DNA of 64,000 nucleotides from an uncultured delta proteobacterium (GCA_963695875.1 CAVOID010000014.1:72193-136192), one strand, 5' to 3'; shown: positions 45,572 to 57,420, counted from the stretch's first letter. The notes: generated by a model from the sequence alone, not told the origin. Program-made: numbers and translations.

Positions 45572-46369
45572 TCACTCATCTAATAATAATGGCGCAAGAT
45601 GATTTATCACTCTGTAGCCGGCGCCGATGCTGTACGCAGACCTGATTGCCTCAGTTATATAGGCCTTTGCCCCCTTTACAGCTTCAACGACACTTTGACC
45701 TTTCGCTAATAGCGTGGCAATGGAAGCAGAGAAGGTACATCCTGTACCATGCACATTTTTTTTATCGATCCTCCTGCAAGAAAATGTATAAAATTTCTTT
45801 CCGTCATAGAGTACATCTACAGCATCCCCCGTCAGATGCCCTCCTTTAACAACTACATTTTTCGCTCCAAACTTGTAAATAATCCTTGCCGCTTTTTTCA
45901 TTTCCCGAACAGAAGTAATCTTCATATCGGCCAGGACCTCGGCCTCGGGAATATTTGGCGTCACGACAAAGGCCAGCGGGATCAATTCACTGATCATTGA
46001 ATCCCTCACCTCGCCTCTAATCACTGCCTCCCCGCCTTTAGCCACCATAACGGGATCGACTACGAGCTTCTTAATCCCATATTTTCTGATCATGGCAGCT
46101 ACTACCTTTAAAATTTCAGTGTTCGTCAGCATACCTGTTTTGACAGCATCAACACCAATATCGGTCATTACAGATTCAAACTGTCTCTCCACAAAATCAG
46201 GCGAAACCTCATATATACCCTGGATACCGAGTGTATTCTGAGCGGTAACGGCCGTTATAACACTCATTCCTAAGGCGCCTAATGCAGCGATCGTCTTTAA
46301 ATCCGCCTGTATTCCCGCACCACCACAGGAATCAGAACCGGCGATGGTTAAAACCCTTGCTGGTTTCAT
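45572..46369 (-). CDS. thiD: HMP/HMP-P kinase
   Basis: [35 protein letters not shown]. Confidence 0.95.
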   Translation of the reverse strand: MKPARVLTIAGSDSCGGAGIQADLKTIAALGALGMSVITAVTAQNTLGIQGIYEVSPDFVERQFESVMTDIGVDAVKTGMLTNTEILKVVAAMIRKYGIKKLVVDPVMVAKGGEAVIRGEVRDSMISELIPLAFVVTPNIPEAEVLADMKITSVREMKKAARIIYKFGAKNVVVKGGHLTGDAVDVLYDGKKFYTFSCRRIDKKNVHGTGCTFSASIATLLAKGQSVVEAVKGAKAYITEAIRSAYSIGAGYRVINHLAPLLLDE

Positions 46370-46377
46370 ATGCTTTC

Positions 46378-47040
46378 TCAGGGAAGAACCCCCACCTTGA
46401 AATACCTGATCACCAGGAGGTAACCTGAATTCACAGAAATGACGCCCCTCGTGGCGGTTAATCGATTACTGATTCCATAAGGTGTCCCCATTTCCATCAC
46501 CCCGTTATTGAGCGGATATTCAAATCCATCAAGGGTTATACCTTTAACCACATCCGAAAAGGGTAAAAGAGACACGGTCTGCCCTATTTCGCCGTCAATT
46601 ACAGACTCCCGACTAACAATAGAAGCTTCACACCATTCATCAATGACTCTTACATTCACACCTTTTTTCGCACCATGAACCAGCAGCGATATGTTAGCAA
46701 GGGTATGATCGATTCTCGTTCCGATGGCGCCAAAGAGATAGATTTCATCAGCATCCATACCGAAGGCATATTCTAAAGCGAGTTGTGTATCCGTCTCATC
46801 CTTCGCTTCCGGATATCTGATAATCTTACATCCATGCTCCTTGAAATAATCTAAAATTTCAGGTGCAAGAGAATCCATATCACCGATTATGACCTGCGGG
46901 ATTACACCGAGGGAGTAAAGGTGGCCGGCGCCGCTGTCTGCGCAGATTATTCCGGAAGGGTTCAATTCAAGGAGTTTCGTTTGGAAGAACGACGGATCTC
47001 TGATCTGGCCGCCGGCAACAACAAATAAGAGCTTTTTCAT
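46378..47040 (-). CDS. thiN: Thiamine pyrophosphokinase
   Basis: CADSG, IGDMDS, KDETD, GTRIDH, GISN. Confidence 0.93.
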   Translation of the reverse strand: MKKLLFVVAGGQIRDPSFFQTKLLELNPSGIICADSGAGHLYSLGVIPQVIIGDMDSLAPEILDYFKEHGCKIIRYPEAKDETDTQLALEYAFGMDADEIYLFGAIGTRIDHTLANISLLVHGAKKGVNVRVIDEWCEASIVSRESVIDGEIGQTVSLLPFSDVVKGITLDGFEYPLNNGVMEMGTPYGISNRLTATRGVISVNSGYLLVIRYFKVGVLP

Positions 47041-47105
47041 GAGATAAAAATGCGAGATTTTACAAAAAGTTTCTTTTATGTTTTGATAATGATTATCAGA
47101 CTGCC

Positions 47106-47872
47106 CTATTTTATACCAAATACGTTCTTTGTATTTTGATATGTAATACTTGTCAGTTCTTCAAGAGACATGCCCTTCAGTTCGGACACCTTTTTCGCAG
47201 TATGAACAACATAAGCAGGTTCATTCCTTTTTCCCCTATAAGGATGAGGAGTCAGGTAGGGTGCATCTGTCTCCAGCAGGAGACGCGTTACAGGAACGTG
47301 CCTGACCACTTCATGAAGTTTTTCAGACTTCCCGAAAGTGACTGCTCCCGGTTATAGATATGCAGAAGCCCATATCCAGGCACTTTTCAGCCATACTGTA
47401 GTCTCCTGAAAAACAGTGGATAACCCCTCCGTGTTTACCCTTCCATCCCTCCAGCATTTTCAGGGTTTCCTGATGGGCATCCCGATCATGAATGATAATA
47501 GGTAATCCAATTTCGCCGGCCAAGCTCCAGCTGTTCTTCAAACCTTCTTATTTGCACATCTCTCGGAGACAGGTTACGAAAAAAATCAAGGCCGATTTCT
47601 CCGAAGGCCACGACCTTATCCATCTTCGCCATCATTTTGATATTATCGTATGTAGTCTCATCGATATCCTTCACCTCATGGGGATGAATCCCAATCGCCG
47701 CATACACATTTTTAAACGTATTGGCGATGGAGATGGCTTTTCTGCAATCATCGAGGGTGGTACCAACCGTTATAATCAGATCAACTCCTGCGTCTCCAGC
47801 CCTCCTGATAACCTCATTCCTGTCACGGTCGAAGTCATTCATCTCCAGATGTGCATGAGAATCTGCAAGCAT
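47106..47872 (-). CDS. tatD: TatD family nuclease (two indels)
   Basis: DSHAH, GIHPH, GEIGLD, IIHDRDA, HCFSG, ETDAPYL. Confidence 0.93.
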
Positions 47873-47911
47873 AGAAACCTTTGTACGTGGTAATACCACT
47901 CACTGTCCGGA

Positions 47912-48067
47912 TTACTCTACTGCAATCTCATCCGCACATGAGGATACATCCGGAAGTTTCGCAAGATAAGCTTGTAAACGCTCCTCTGTTATCTCTCCAT
48001 CAAGGAGCATCTTTGTAAGAATCCTCTTGTCCGTCTCGCCATCACAACTAAACTGCTTTTTCTCCAT
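47912..48067 (-). CDS. Small hypothetical protein (51 aa)
   Basis: MEKKQFSCDGETDKRILTKMLLDGEITEERLQAYLAKLPDVSSCADEIAVE*; GGAGG RBS; not in the ORF track. Confidence 0.6.
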   Translation of the reverse strand: MEKKQFSCDGETDKRILTKMLLDGEITEERLQAYLAKLPDVSSCADEIAVE

Positions 48068-48310
48068 CTTATATTCCTCCAAATCAGATATTATTCAGGT
48101 ATGACTGTCTATTATACTTTTCTTATTTTTTCAACAAATACTCAAAGAGCTGCAAATATCTTGACAGTCAAGGTTAAATTCGATAATTTTTTGAGAATGC
48201 AGCGACATGCTGTCGTTAATGATTCTAATCATCGCGATACCCTTTGCCATGACGTCCCGGCTCCCTGCTTTCACAGGATAAACTGCAGAGGAATCCAGGA
48301 ACACTGAAAA

Positions 48311-49187
48311 ATGCAGACTAGTCCAACATCACAGGCCCGAACCTGGCCGATTTACGGCAGGCTCGGCTTATTATTGGCCATTATTTTCTGGATCATGAAC
48401 TGGTCCTTGACCGGACTTCGCACGCACTGGGGGTTTTTCCCCATGTGGCTGGGGTACTGCCTCACCGTTGATGCGCTGGTTCTCACCCGAAAAGGCCACT
48501 CATTGTTGACCCGTAGTCCCGTCGCCTATGTGGCGCTCTTTTTCATCTCGGTGCCGGCCTGGTGGCTCTTTGAAGTCATAAACTGGCGCACACAAAACTG
48601 GTACTACCTGGGTGAACAATACTTATCTGATGTTGAGTATTTTCTGTTGTCTTCTCTGAGCTTCTCAACGGTTATGCCCGCGGTCTTCGGCACGGCAGAG
48701 CTGGCCGGTACATTTACCTGGATTAACAGGAATTAAGAGTGGCCCCCGATTTACGCTAACTCCTGCCACATTAATTATTCTCTTTACCACTGGCTGTATT
48801 ATGCTTACATTGATGTTGATCTGGCCTGTTTGGTTCTTCCCTTTCGTCTGGCTTTCAGTTTATTTCATTCTGGAACCACTCAATGTGTGGCTGAATAACC
48901 GCACACTTCTCCGGTATATTGCTATGGGTGACTGGCGACCGGTACTGGCGCTGTGGGTCGGTTGTTTTATTTGCGGTTTTTTCTGGGAAATGTGGAACTT
49001 TTACTCATATCCGAAGTGGGTATATCATATACCCTTCTTCAATCTCCTGCATATTTTTGAGATGCCGTTATTGGGCTATTTCGGCTATTTACCATTTTCC
49101 ATGGAACTATTTGCCCTGTACCATTTTACAAACGGGTTGTTCAAACCAGGTAAGCATCAGGACTATCTCCGGTTCAATATGTGTTGA
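48311..49187 (+). CDS. Multi-pass membrane protein of unknown function (frameshifted)
   Basis: Two related halves (WWLFEVINW...NWYY and FFWEMWNF...KWVY). Confidence 0.7.
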
Positions 49188-50926
49188 GGTGCCACGGTTT
49201 TTTTCTTCTCTTCTGCTCGTACATCAATTTATCTGCGCGGGACATAAGTTCATCGAGAGAACAGGGGTTTGCGGGATCATAGTATGCCGTGCCCATGCTT
49301 ATTGAGATTTTATAGCGTTTGCCGCCTTTTTTGTTGTGCATATCAATCTTATTCTGTAACCGGGTCATTATAACCTCCGGATATAGCCCCGTAGTATCTA
49401 TCGCAAGAATCGCAAATTCGTCTCCCCCTATGCGGGTTATTATATCGCTGGCTCTGAAGGTATCTTTGAGTATAACTGACACCTCACGGAGAGCGCTGTC
49501 ACCTTCTTCATGACCCAGCGTATCGTTGATCCACTTCATGCCATCGAGATCTGCAAAGAAGAGCAGCATATCTCTTTTGTACCTTTCTGAGAATCTCAAC
49601 TGCTGATCTGCAAGGGTTAAGAAACCCCTCCTGTTATATAAACCTGTAAGCTGGTCTGTCATCGAAAGAGATTGTATTTCTTCCTCCGTCTTCTTACGTT
49701 CTGTAAGATCCATGGAATTTCCCAGGACGGCACGCTTCCCCTCCCAGGATATGGAAGTTACCATCTCCATGAGCCATTTGATTTGACCCTCCCTGGTTAT
49801 TATTCTGAATTCATAAGGGAATGTGCGTTGTCCATGAAGCATGTCGATGACATTCTTCTTTAACTGTTCCCTGTCTTCAGGATGGACGAGCTTCATCGAT
49901 TCTCTTCCTATTAATTCTTCCTGGGTATATCCGAAATAGGAGGCGGCATTGGAGTTAAGGAAACGAAATTTGCCGTTCTGTACAACATAAACACCGGCAA
50001 ATGACTTCTCAGCCAAAACGCGGTAAAGTTCTTCGCTCTCTTGAAGTGCCTTCTCAGCGCGCTTACGGTCAGTGATGTCCTGAATCAACCCGTCATACGC
50101 CTGGAGCCTTCCTTGCTCATCACGCCGCGGAACGGGTGTATTTCTGACCCATCGCTCTATGCCATCCTTGCGGATGATGCGGTGCTCAAGGGCCGGTGCC
50201 TCTTCTCCTGCTAACACCCGCCTTGCATGATCTTCAACTGCCTTGCGATCCTCCACCGCTACCATACGAATCCACAGGTAAGGATCAGCGGCAAATTCTT
50301 CTTCCGTGTAGCCAGTAACAGCCATGCAACCTGGTCCATGCCTGGTATCCACCGCTTTTCCACCTTCGATGCGCACCGTATAGATGTAATCGGTGATGGC
50401 TTCGGTGATGCGCCGGTAACGTCTTTCACTCTCTCGAAGCGCTTCCTCTGTCCGTTTGCGGTCAGAGATGTCTTTTGAAACTATTGCCACAATTGTTATT
50501 TTCCTCATGATCAGGCTCTTCAACAGGGCTAAATGTACGGAGAAAATACCTATTATCTTTCCAGCTTTGATGTTCATGCTGGATCGATTTACCGGTTGTC
50601 AAAACCTCTTTTATCGTATTTGTAAAGTATTCTGTCTCTTCGGGAGAATGAAATTCTCCATACGACCTTCCGATGATATTACCCGTCGTCAAACCCAATC
50701 TAGATAAATGTTGACTGTTAATAAATAAATATCTGCAATCCTCGTCTACTAAATACAGGGAGTCAGAAGTTGATTCCACCAAAGCGCGATACGCATCCTC
50801 AGATTGTTGTTTGTGCTTCTTGGTACTTTTCAAATTCCTTATCTCACTGGTAATAATTTCTTTAAACTGTTTGTAAATACCCTGTAATTTGCCGCTTATT
50901 CTAAATATAAATTTTGTTATTAGCAA
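49174..50926 (-). CDS. Multi-PAS diguanylate cyclase (frameshift near 50510)
   Basis: Three PAS/PAC domains, DQLTGLYNRR, INDTLGH, RASD I-site, GGDEF. Confidence 0.92.
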
Positions 50927-51177
50927 TCATTAATTATAATAACAAGCGATATCTATTGTAGTATCTCCATGGATTGTGTATAAAAAAGCCTGATCTTGAA
51001 AAAGTACCTCATTGGAGGGATCTGATCGTTGAGGGGAGGAAAAAAGCGTTTTCCTAAAACACTTATGCATATGGGTATTCCAGGGAGGGAAGGATTACTT
51101 ATGAAACCGTCTGTCATATCATTCTCTGTCGCAGCGATGTTTTGGAGGGTCATGTAAAGGTGACATTAATAAATATT

Positions 51178-51227
51178 GTGAAGCTCCCCGCCCACAGGGC
51201 GGGGCTTGCAGGATGTGCTCCCGGTCA
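51178..51227 (-). mobile_element. Family-B miniature element, one-hairpin deletion derivative
   Basis: GTGAAGCTCCCCGCCCACAGGGCGGGGCTTGC fused directly to GGATGTGCTCCCGGTCA. Confidence 0.75.
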
Positions 51228-51428
51228 AGATATTTAAACCTGGCCGCGGGCGGACAATGACAGTATCTGATTGATATAAAATAATATTATTTATTTCTAT
51301 TGACAGCACGATTTTATTATTAAGTTATTTTTATTTGACATATTTTCTTTTACAGGTATTATTTCAGTACAGTATATTCAGTCCTATCCAGAGACCTCAT
51401 TTGCAGCCCAGTTAACCTTCAACCCTGG

Positions 51429-51869
51429 ATGGGTATAAGTATTTACTCTCAAGTGAACGAGTCAATGCAGGTAGAACTTAGAAATCACCCACGATTTAGG
51501 GTAAAAAAGCAGCCCTTTGCCGGGTTGATCGGCCCGGAATCAAAAGATATTTTCCAACTGGGTCAAATTGTGAATATAGGCAAGGGGGGTGTATGTTTAC
51601 ATTACATCACCACCGAAGCGTGTGATGATGTAGTTTCCCACATCAGCATTTTCGGACGGACGGACAAATTCTTCAATATTGAGAAGATCCCCTGCAAGGT
51701 CGTCTACGATGTCAGCATTCCCACCAAAGGATGGGTTAACCTGCCGGAGAAGCGCTGCGGTATTGCATTCCTGAGCCAGTCCTCAAGCCAGAAACAGCAA
51801 CTAGATAACTTTATAAAGTCTTTCGCCATCAACCACAATATTGAACACCGGCCACCTCGGAAAGAATGA
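51429..51869 (+). CDS. Single-domain PilZ protein
   Basis: RNHPR and NIGKGG motifs, RCGIAF. Confidence 0.8.
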   Translation: MGISIYSQVNESMQVELRNHPRFRVKKQPFAGLIGPESKDIFQLGQIVNIGKGGVCLHYITTEACDDVVSHISIFGRTDKFFNIEKIPCKVVYDVSIPTKGWVNLPEKRCGIAFLSQSSSQKQQLDNFIKSFAINHNIEHRPPRKE

Positions 51870-52130
51870 GGTAGCCATCAAGCATTATTGAAGCTCTCCG
51901 CAGTAAACTGCGGAGAATTTTCGATCCACAAGGAATAATATTGTTCCCCATTCGCTCGCTTACCCCGTAGCAAGTTACGGGGAATGCGCTCGCTGCCGGA
52001 TTCAGAGTTCATCAGACTAAAACCAAATTATGCCACGGCACATTATAACTTGGCGTTACCTTGTGCGAAAGGAAATCTTAATATAGCAATGCCTCATCTC
52101 TACGAGGCAATTCTCCCTAAACCCTCCGAT
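51866..52130 (+). pseudogene. TPR gene remnant interrupted by a family-A element
   Basis: Removing 51888-52000 gives AIKHYSEFIRLKPNYATAHYNL, a TPR repeat. Confidence 0.6.
51888..52000 (-). mobile_element. Family-A miniature element (113 bp)
   Basis: Closely similar to the 15446 and 57302 copies; interrupts a TPR remnant. Confidence 0.88.
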
Positions 52131-52248
52131 CACATTTATCTTAGCCTCACACCTTCTTTCTTAAATGTCCCTGGTTTTATCTCATTGACTTGACCTGTGT
52201 TTCCTTTTATAAATTTTGTATTTAAGTTCTTGCTCCGGGCACTTTACA

Positions 52249-53437
52249 ATGAGAAAATTCAATCTGAAAATTCTCCTCATCCTATCTCTGGGTCACCTTG
52301 TAACAGATATATACCAGGGCGCACTTCCTGCTATACTTCCATTCCTGAAGGACAATCTTTCCCTCTCATACACCATGACCGGCATTATACTGATGGCTGC
52401 CAACTTTACATCTTCTTTAATCCAGCCCCTTTTTGGTTTTATCTCAGACAAGCAGAAAAAAGCGATTCTCCTTCCTGTTGGGTGCCTTTGTGCCGGTATC
52501 GGGTTTTCTTTATTGTCTCTACCTTCAAGGTACATATTCGTTCTCATGCTCGTTGTCATAAGTGGATTTGGAATCGCCTCATACCATCCCGAAGGCTATA
52601 AAACCGCTCATTTCTTCACAGGTGAAAAACGGGTTACGGGGATGGCCATATTCTCAGTTGGCGGAAACCTTGGATTTGCCCTCGGCCCAATAATCTCCAT
52701 CTACATAATTAAATACATGGGATTTCCTTCTTTGCCGTTTATTATTATTCCGGCAATACTCTTCACAGCAATAATAATCTTCTATTGGCGGGATATATCA
52801 CCTGCCGAAATTAGAGCAGATGTGGCAGTGAAAAAAGAGAATAGATCCAAACAGCCAAAAGGCATCTACATATCTCTATCGATGGTAATCGCAGTTGTGA
52901 TTATGAGATCGTGGACACAGATGGGCCTCATGACTTACATCCCTTTTTACTACATAAACCATCTCAAGGGAGACCCACTCTATGCAGGAAAACTCGTATT
53001 TGTTTTCCTTCTCGGCGGGGTTTTGGGTACATTAGGTGGAGCACCTCTGGCTGACAGATGGGGTCATAAACTCTATTTGACCGCTGTCCATGTTCCTCAC
53101 CACTCTGGTTCTGCCTTTAATCTTCATTACGGAAGGCAACATGCTATTCATCGTCCTCGGACTTCTTGGGATAATTTGTATTTCCACGTTCACTGTTACC
53201 GTAGTGATGGCACAGCAGCTTCTGCCCGAAAACCTTGGGGTTGCATCCGGTCTCATGGTAGGTTTCGCCATTGGTGCGGGTGGCATTTGTGTCACGCTGC
53301 TCGGTGTCGTTGCCGACCACTTTGGTGTGCCTTTCGCCTTGAAATCCATTACGATTCTACCTTTCATCGGGTTCATACTCAGCATGATCTTAAAATATCC
53401 AAAACAGCACGGAGAAAGAGCAATAAATGAGATCTAA
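52249..53437 (+). CDS. MFS transporter (Fsr-like), frameshifted
   Basis: QPLFGFISDK, YHPEG, FSVGGNLGFALGP, LADRWG. Confidence 0.9.
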
Positions 53438-53900
53438 TTCTCTGAAAAATTGTACATCGTTGAATCACAATTTTATTAAATACTGGCTTCCGGTTATTCT
53501 CTGGATGGGCGTTATATTCGGAATGTCAGCCGGGACATTCTCCTCAGAGCATACTTCTCGATTCATCGCGCCGCTCCTGCATTTCCTTTTTCCCTGGCTC
53601 TCGCCGCAAGATATGGACCTGATACATGAATTGATCAGAAAGGCCGGACATGTCTCTGAGTACTTCGTCCTGGGACTGCTTCTTTTTCGTGCTTTCCACA
53701 GCGACTCTGCACAAGGATGGCACCCGCGTTGGACAATATACACCGTTATTGGTGTAATAATATACGCGGTGGGTGATGAGTTTCATCAGTCATTTGTTGC
53801 CGCGAGAGGTGCTTCTCTTGTTGATGTAGGTATCGACTCAGCCGGCGGCATTCTCTCACAGATCGCGGTCATGCTCCGGCATCTCCTTCGGAAGAAATGA
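53427..53900 (+). CDS. VanZ-like membrane protein
   Basis: IRKAGHVSEY, YAVGDEFHQSFV, DVGID. Confidence 0.88.
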   Translation: MRSNSLKNCTSLNHNFIKYWLPVILWMGVIFGMSAGTFSSEHTSRFIAPLLHFLFPWLSPQDMDLIHELIRKAGHVSEYFVLGLLLFRAFHSDSAQGWHPRWTIYTVIGVIIYAVGDEFHQSFVAARGASLVDVGIDSAGGILSQIAVMLRHLLRKK

Positions 53901-53916
53901 AATATATTCTGGCTTT

Positions 53917-54024
53917 GTGAAGCTCCCCGCCCACAGGGCAGGGCTTCCCGGAAAGGAAACTATGCTTACATTGCACCCCTTATCCCCGCCTACAAGGCGG
54001 GCTTGCGGGATGTGCTCCCGGTCA
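53917..54024 (-). mobile_element. Family-B IS200/IS605-derived miniature element (~108 bp)
   Basis: Two GC hairpins (CCCCGCCCACAGGGCAGGG; CCCCGCCTACAAGGCGGG); ends TTCAC on the minus strand. Confidence 0.78.
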
Positions 54025-54209
54025 TGCGAGAGACATCATTTTAATGGGAGTCAATACTTATTTTCCTTGATTTCGACTGCCTTTTCATCTACTTTATATG
54101 TCATAAGATATCGCTAAACCATAATTCTGTTTGAACATTAAGCTATTCTGTCGCTCCGGAGGAATTCATCCACACACGAAACAAATCTTTATCTCTGTGA
54201 GAAACCGCC

Positions 54210-57155
54210 ATGGGCCTTCTTAAAAAGATCCTCATCGGATTAGCTGTTCTAATTGCTGTTGTTGGAATTGTGGGATTTTTCATCCTGCCTCCGATTGCAA
54301 AGTCGCTGCTTATTGAGAAACTGTCCGGAGTCCTCCACAGAGAGGTTACGATTGAAAAAATCAGCATTAACCCCTATACACTGTCCGCAAGCCTCAAAGG
54401 ATTTGCGGTAAAAGATCCTGCCGGATCATCGCCCTTCCTGTCTTTCGATGAACTATACGTAAACGCCCAGGGGATATCATCCCTCTTCAAGAGGGCCGTC
54501 ATCTTTAAGGAAATACGAATAACCCACCCATATATCAACGTATCCCGCCATGAAGACGGCTCATACAATTTTTCAGACCTGATTCCGAAAGAGGAGACAA
54601 AACCAGAGGCAGAAAGCAAACCCCCGAATTTTTCTCTGAACAATATTCAAATCATCAACGGGAGTATTGACTTCTGGGATGGGCCCAAGAAGACCCGTCA
54701 TACTGTCCGCGAGATGCATTTCTCCATCCCCTTTATCTCAAACATCGAACACTATGTTAACGACTATGTGGACCCGCGATTTTCGGCCGTAATTAACGGC
54801 AATCAATACGAACTGGCGGGAAAGATGAAACCTTTCCTTGCTTCAAGGGAAATGAGCTTCGATATAGACATCCGGGACCTCGACATACCTTATTATCTTA
54901 ACTACGTCCCTGTGAAGATGAACTTTAAGCTCACCTCGGCTCGCTTTGACACGAAGATGAAGGTAGATTTCATCATGCACAAAGATAAGTCACCTTCCAT
55001 CAAGCTTGCGGGCAGTGTGGCTTTAAATAAAGTCGCCTTGGATGACAGACAGGACAACAAAATCCTCAGGCTTCCGGCCCTGAACGTCACTCTGGCATCC
55101 GTTGAGCCTCTAATTCCGGACATCCACCTTTCACAGGTTTCCATCCAGGCGCCTGAACTTATCATCAGACGAAGCAAAGAGGGTACTTTGAACCTCTTGA
55201 CCCTTGTGCCGCAAGAGAAGCAGGAAAAGAAGGAGAAGAAGGAAAAGGACGCGGCGCAGCCGGAAAAGAGAACGGCTATGAAAGCCCGGATTGATGAATT
55301 CACGATAGATAAGGCGACTGTAACCTTCCTCGATTCATCACCGGTGGAACCTGCAAAAATTAGCGTGTCTCCTTTCAACCTTAAAGCTGTGAATCTATCT
55401 ACGGAAAAGGGGAGCAGTGGAAATGTCGATCTATCGCTTACCGTGGATAAAAATGGCGAAATCTCTATAAAAGGACCTTTAGGCATCGATCCTCTGCACG
55501 CGGATCTCGCGATCAATGTGAAGAATCTAAATATAAGAACCTTCCAGTCCTACTTCACCGACAAGATCAGGATCAATGTAACACGCGGCGCCGTTTCAAC
55601 GGCAGGGAACTTATCTCTATCGCAGGATAGCAAGGAGAAGCCCCGCGTGAAGTATGCGGGCAAGATTTCGGTTTCCAATCTTGCCTCCATCGATAAATCA
55701 CACTCCAATGATTTTTTGAACTGGAAATTGCTCTACTTCGATCAGGTCAGTGCGGGTTATAATCCCTTCTTCGTCAGTATCAAGGGCATTTCTCTGACAG
55801 ATTTTTATGCCAGAATCATTATCAATCCTGATGGGTCACTGAATGTTCAGAATATATTAGGCAAAGAAGGGGAAGAAGAGGAGCAGAAGGATGTGAACGG
55901 TACCGTACCCCCCAAATCTGCTGAAAAAGCCGTGGAGGCCGAAAAATCAGATGAAATAACACGGAATGTGAAAATCGGGAAAGTTACACTTCAGGGAGGA
56001 ACGATCGATTTCGCGGACCGGTTCATCAAACCGAATTACTCCGTCCAGATTCTCAACATAGCCGGGCGTGTCACCGGGCTTTCCTCCGAAGAGATCTCCC
56101 GGGCAACTGTCGATCTGAAGGGAAATCTCGGTCGCGGATCCCCTGTCGAGATCACAGGAGAGATCAATCCCCTCATCAAGGATCTTTACGCAAACATGAA
56201 AATAAGGTTCAAGGATATAGAATTGAGTCCGGTTACACCTTATTCCAGCAGGTATGTAGGGCACCCAATCTTGAAAGGGAAATTGACTTTCGACGTAGCA
56301 TACCTGATCGACAAGAGAAAACTCGACGCCCAGAACAAGGTTTTTATAGATCAGCTTACCTTCGGGGACAGGGTGGAGAGCCCCGATGCCATCAAGGCGC
56401 CTGTGACAATGGCCGTAGCGCTTCTTAAGGATCGGAACGGACAGATCAATCTTGATATTCCGATATCCGGGAGTCTCGACGACCCGAAATTTAAGGTCTG
56501 GCCAGTCATCTGGCAGATCATAGTAAATCTCATTACCAAGGCAGCAACTGCTCCCTTTACTCTTCTTGCATCCCTCATCGGTGGCGGGGAAGAAATGAGT
56601 TTCATTGAATTCGATGATGGCAGCGCCCTTGTTACGGAACCAAACCAGCAAAAGATAAAATCTCTTGTCAAGGCCCTCTATGAAAGGCCCAATCTCAAGA
56701 TGGATATAGAGGGATATGTAGATATGGAGAAAGATAAAGACGGTATAAAAAAATCAGAATTCAATCGGAGAGTGAAGGCACAGAAATTGAAAGATATGCT
56801 CCGGAGGGGAGAGTCCGCTGTGCCGGTCGATCAGGTCCAGGTTCAGCCACAGGAATACGGGAAATATCTGACCCAGGCCTATGATGCCGCGGAATTTCCC
56901 AAGCCTCGAAACGTCATCGGCCTGCAGAAAAGCCTGCCCCCGCAAGAGATGGAAAAATTGATGATAACCAACATAGCGATAACTGATAGTGACCTGAGAC
57001 AGCTGGCCTCTCAGCGCGCCGAGAATGTGAAAGAACTCATCCTCAAGTCAGGTGAGGTCGAGCCCGGCCGTGTATTCATTGTCGAGCCGCCATCGCTTTC
57101 ACCCCAGAAAAAAGAAAAAGCGAAAGACAGCCGTGTCGATTTCAAGCTTAAATAG
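54210..57155 (+). CDS. DUF748 (AsmA-like) protein
   Basis: N-terminal TM anchor, repeated beta-rich units, LLKDRNGQINLDIPISGSLDDPKF, OmpA-like C-region. Confidence 0.88.
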   Translation: MGLLKKILIGLAVLIAVVGIVGFFILPPIAKSLLIEKLSGVLHREVTIEKISINPYTLSASLKGFAVKDPAGSSPFLSFDELYVNAQGISSLFKRAVIFKEIRITHPYINVSRHEDGSYNFSDLIPKEETKPEAESKPPNFSLNNIQIINGSIDFWDGPKKTRHTVREMHFSIPFISNIEHYVNDYVDPRFSAVINGNQYELAGKMKPFLASREMSFDIDIRDLDIPYYLNYVPVKMNFKLTSARFDTKMKVDFIMHKDKSPSIKLAGSVALNKVALDDRQDNKILRLPALNVTLASVEPLIPDIHLSQVSIQAPELIIRRSKEGTLNLLTLVPQEKQEKKEKKEKDAAQPEKRTAMKARIDEFTIDKATVTFLDSSPVEPAKISVSPFNLKAVNLSTEKGSSGNVDLSLTVDKNGEISIKGPLGIDPLHADLAINVKNLNIRTFQSYFTDKIRINVTRGAVSTAGNLSLSQDSKEKPRVKYAGKISVSNLASIDKSHSNDFLNWKLLYFDQVSAGYNPFFVSIKGISLTDFYARIIINPDGSLNVQNILGKEGEEEEQKDVNGTVPPKSAEKAVEAEKSDEITRNVKIGKVTLQGGTIDFADRFIKPNYSVQILNIAGRVTGLSSEEISRATVDLKGNLGRGSPVEITGEINPLIKDLYANMKIRFKDIELSPVTPYSSRYVGHPILKGKLTFDVAYLIDKRKLDAQNKVFIDQLTFGDRVESPDAIKAPVTMAVALLKDRNGQINLDIPISGSLDDPKFKVWPVIWQIIVNLITKAATAPFTLLASLIGGGEEMSFIEFDDGSALVTEPNQQKIKSLVKALYERPNLKMDIEGYVDMEKDKDGIKKSEFNRRVKAQKLKDMLRRGESAVPVDQVQVQPQEYGKYLTQAYDAAEFPKPRNVIGLQKSLPPQEMEKLMITNIAITDSDLRQLASQRAENVKELILKSGEVEPGRVFIVEPPSLSPQKKEKAKDSRVDFKLK

Positions 57156-57301
57156 TTGACGACTTTCCCTCCATCATAACTCTCAAGTCTAATACCACTT
57201 TATGAAATGCGCGGATTTGTAACTAAGTATTTGAAATGCAGTTTCATGGACGCCACGTGCGATGCTTTATTTTTTCATGTTCTGCAATGTGCAATCTTGA
57301 A

Positions 57302-57415
57302 TCCGGCAGTGAGCGCTTACCCCGCAGCTTGCTGCGGGGTAAGCGAGCGAATGGGGAACATTATTATTTTCCTATGGATCGAAGTTTCTCCGCAGTTTAC
57401 TGCGGAGAGCTTCAA
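57302..57415 (+). mobile_element. Family-A miniature element (114 bp)
   Basis: TGAA|TCCGGCAG...CCCCGCAGCTTGCTGCGGGG...CTCCGCAGTTTACTGCGGAGAGCTTCAA. Confidence 0.88.
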
Positions 57416-57420
57416 TTCCG

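Noticed and set aside
47040..48310. TPP riboswitch upstream of thiN/thiD
   Set aside because: No CTGAGA...ACCTG consensus was found
14343..57415. Dispersed repeats as a CRISPR array
   Set aside because: Not tandem, no regular spacers, no cas genes
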